Assembly: GCA_009103225.1 (NCBI GenBank)
Contig: RHPI01001010.1
Coordinates: 153,240-217,239 of the forward strand
DNA: 64,000 bases
From: Chlorokybus atmophyticus
Lineage: Eukaryota; Plantae; Mesostigma and Chlorokybus algae
Direction: 5' to 3'
In this document: positions 63,883 through 64,000 of the stretch, piece by piece
How the letters are laid out: every line of letters starts with the position of its first letter
Numbering within the stretch: the first letter of the stretch is position 1
Position numbers and translations under genes: made by a program
Notes under the pieces: model-generated
Databases searched by the model: none
The model's input: only the letters and a program-made list of their open reading frames with translations
Told to the model about the DNA's origin: nothing

Positions 63883-64000
63883 ACAGGCTGTTGATATCGA
63901 GCCCATTGAAAGGCTTGGACATCAGCAGCTTTACTCTGGCGTGGTTGGGCGTTGCTGGCGTGGGCGGCGGCGTGGGCGGCGGAGGAGGTGGAGGCGGCGG
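63883..64000 (-). CDS. Possible 3' end of a proline-rich coding exon entering from the right edge
   Basis: Abrupt GC-rich codon pattern reading [38 protein letters not shown]. Too short to assign. Confidence 0.3.

Overview
Intron-rich eukaryotic genomic DNA from a green plant. The gene set (plant-type PRMT5 starting MPLG, FLAP1/DUF1517, SYP5, ZFWD, CHR19/ETL1) and the microsatellite-filled introns suggest an early-diverging streptophyte alga; this is an inference. Bases 1-39.4 kb hold about ten host genes plus an AT-rich gene-free block at ~15-21 kb. Bases ~40-63 kb are a transposon cluster with two notable, decayed elements. (1) An intron-containing Crypton tyrosine-recombinase DNA transposon gene (45.85-48.88 kb, - strand; NDC10-II-like YR plus GCR1_C), preceded by a tandem array of hairpins, two of whose 40-bp cores are exact reverse complements. 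(2) A ~10 kb Ty3/Gypsy LTR retrotransposon (50.6-61 kb, + strand) with a C5 cytosine DNA methyltransferase between protease and RT, a PHD finger at the integrase C-terminus and an unassigned ~400-aa region before the protease. All family assignments come from motifs read by eye against remembered family consensus; no database search was run. Exon boundaries were inferred by hand from GT/GC-AG sites and frame continuity. The assembly is a draft with N gaps, and some duplications next to Ns may be artefacts.
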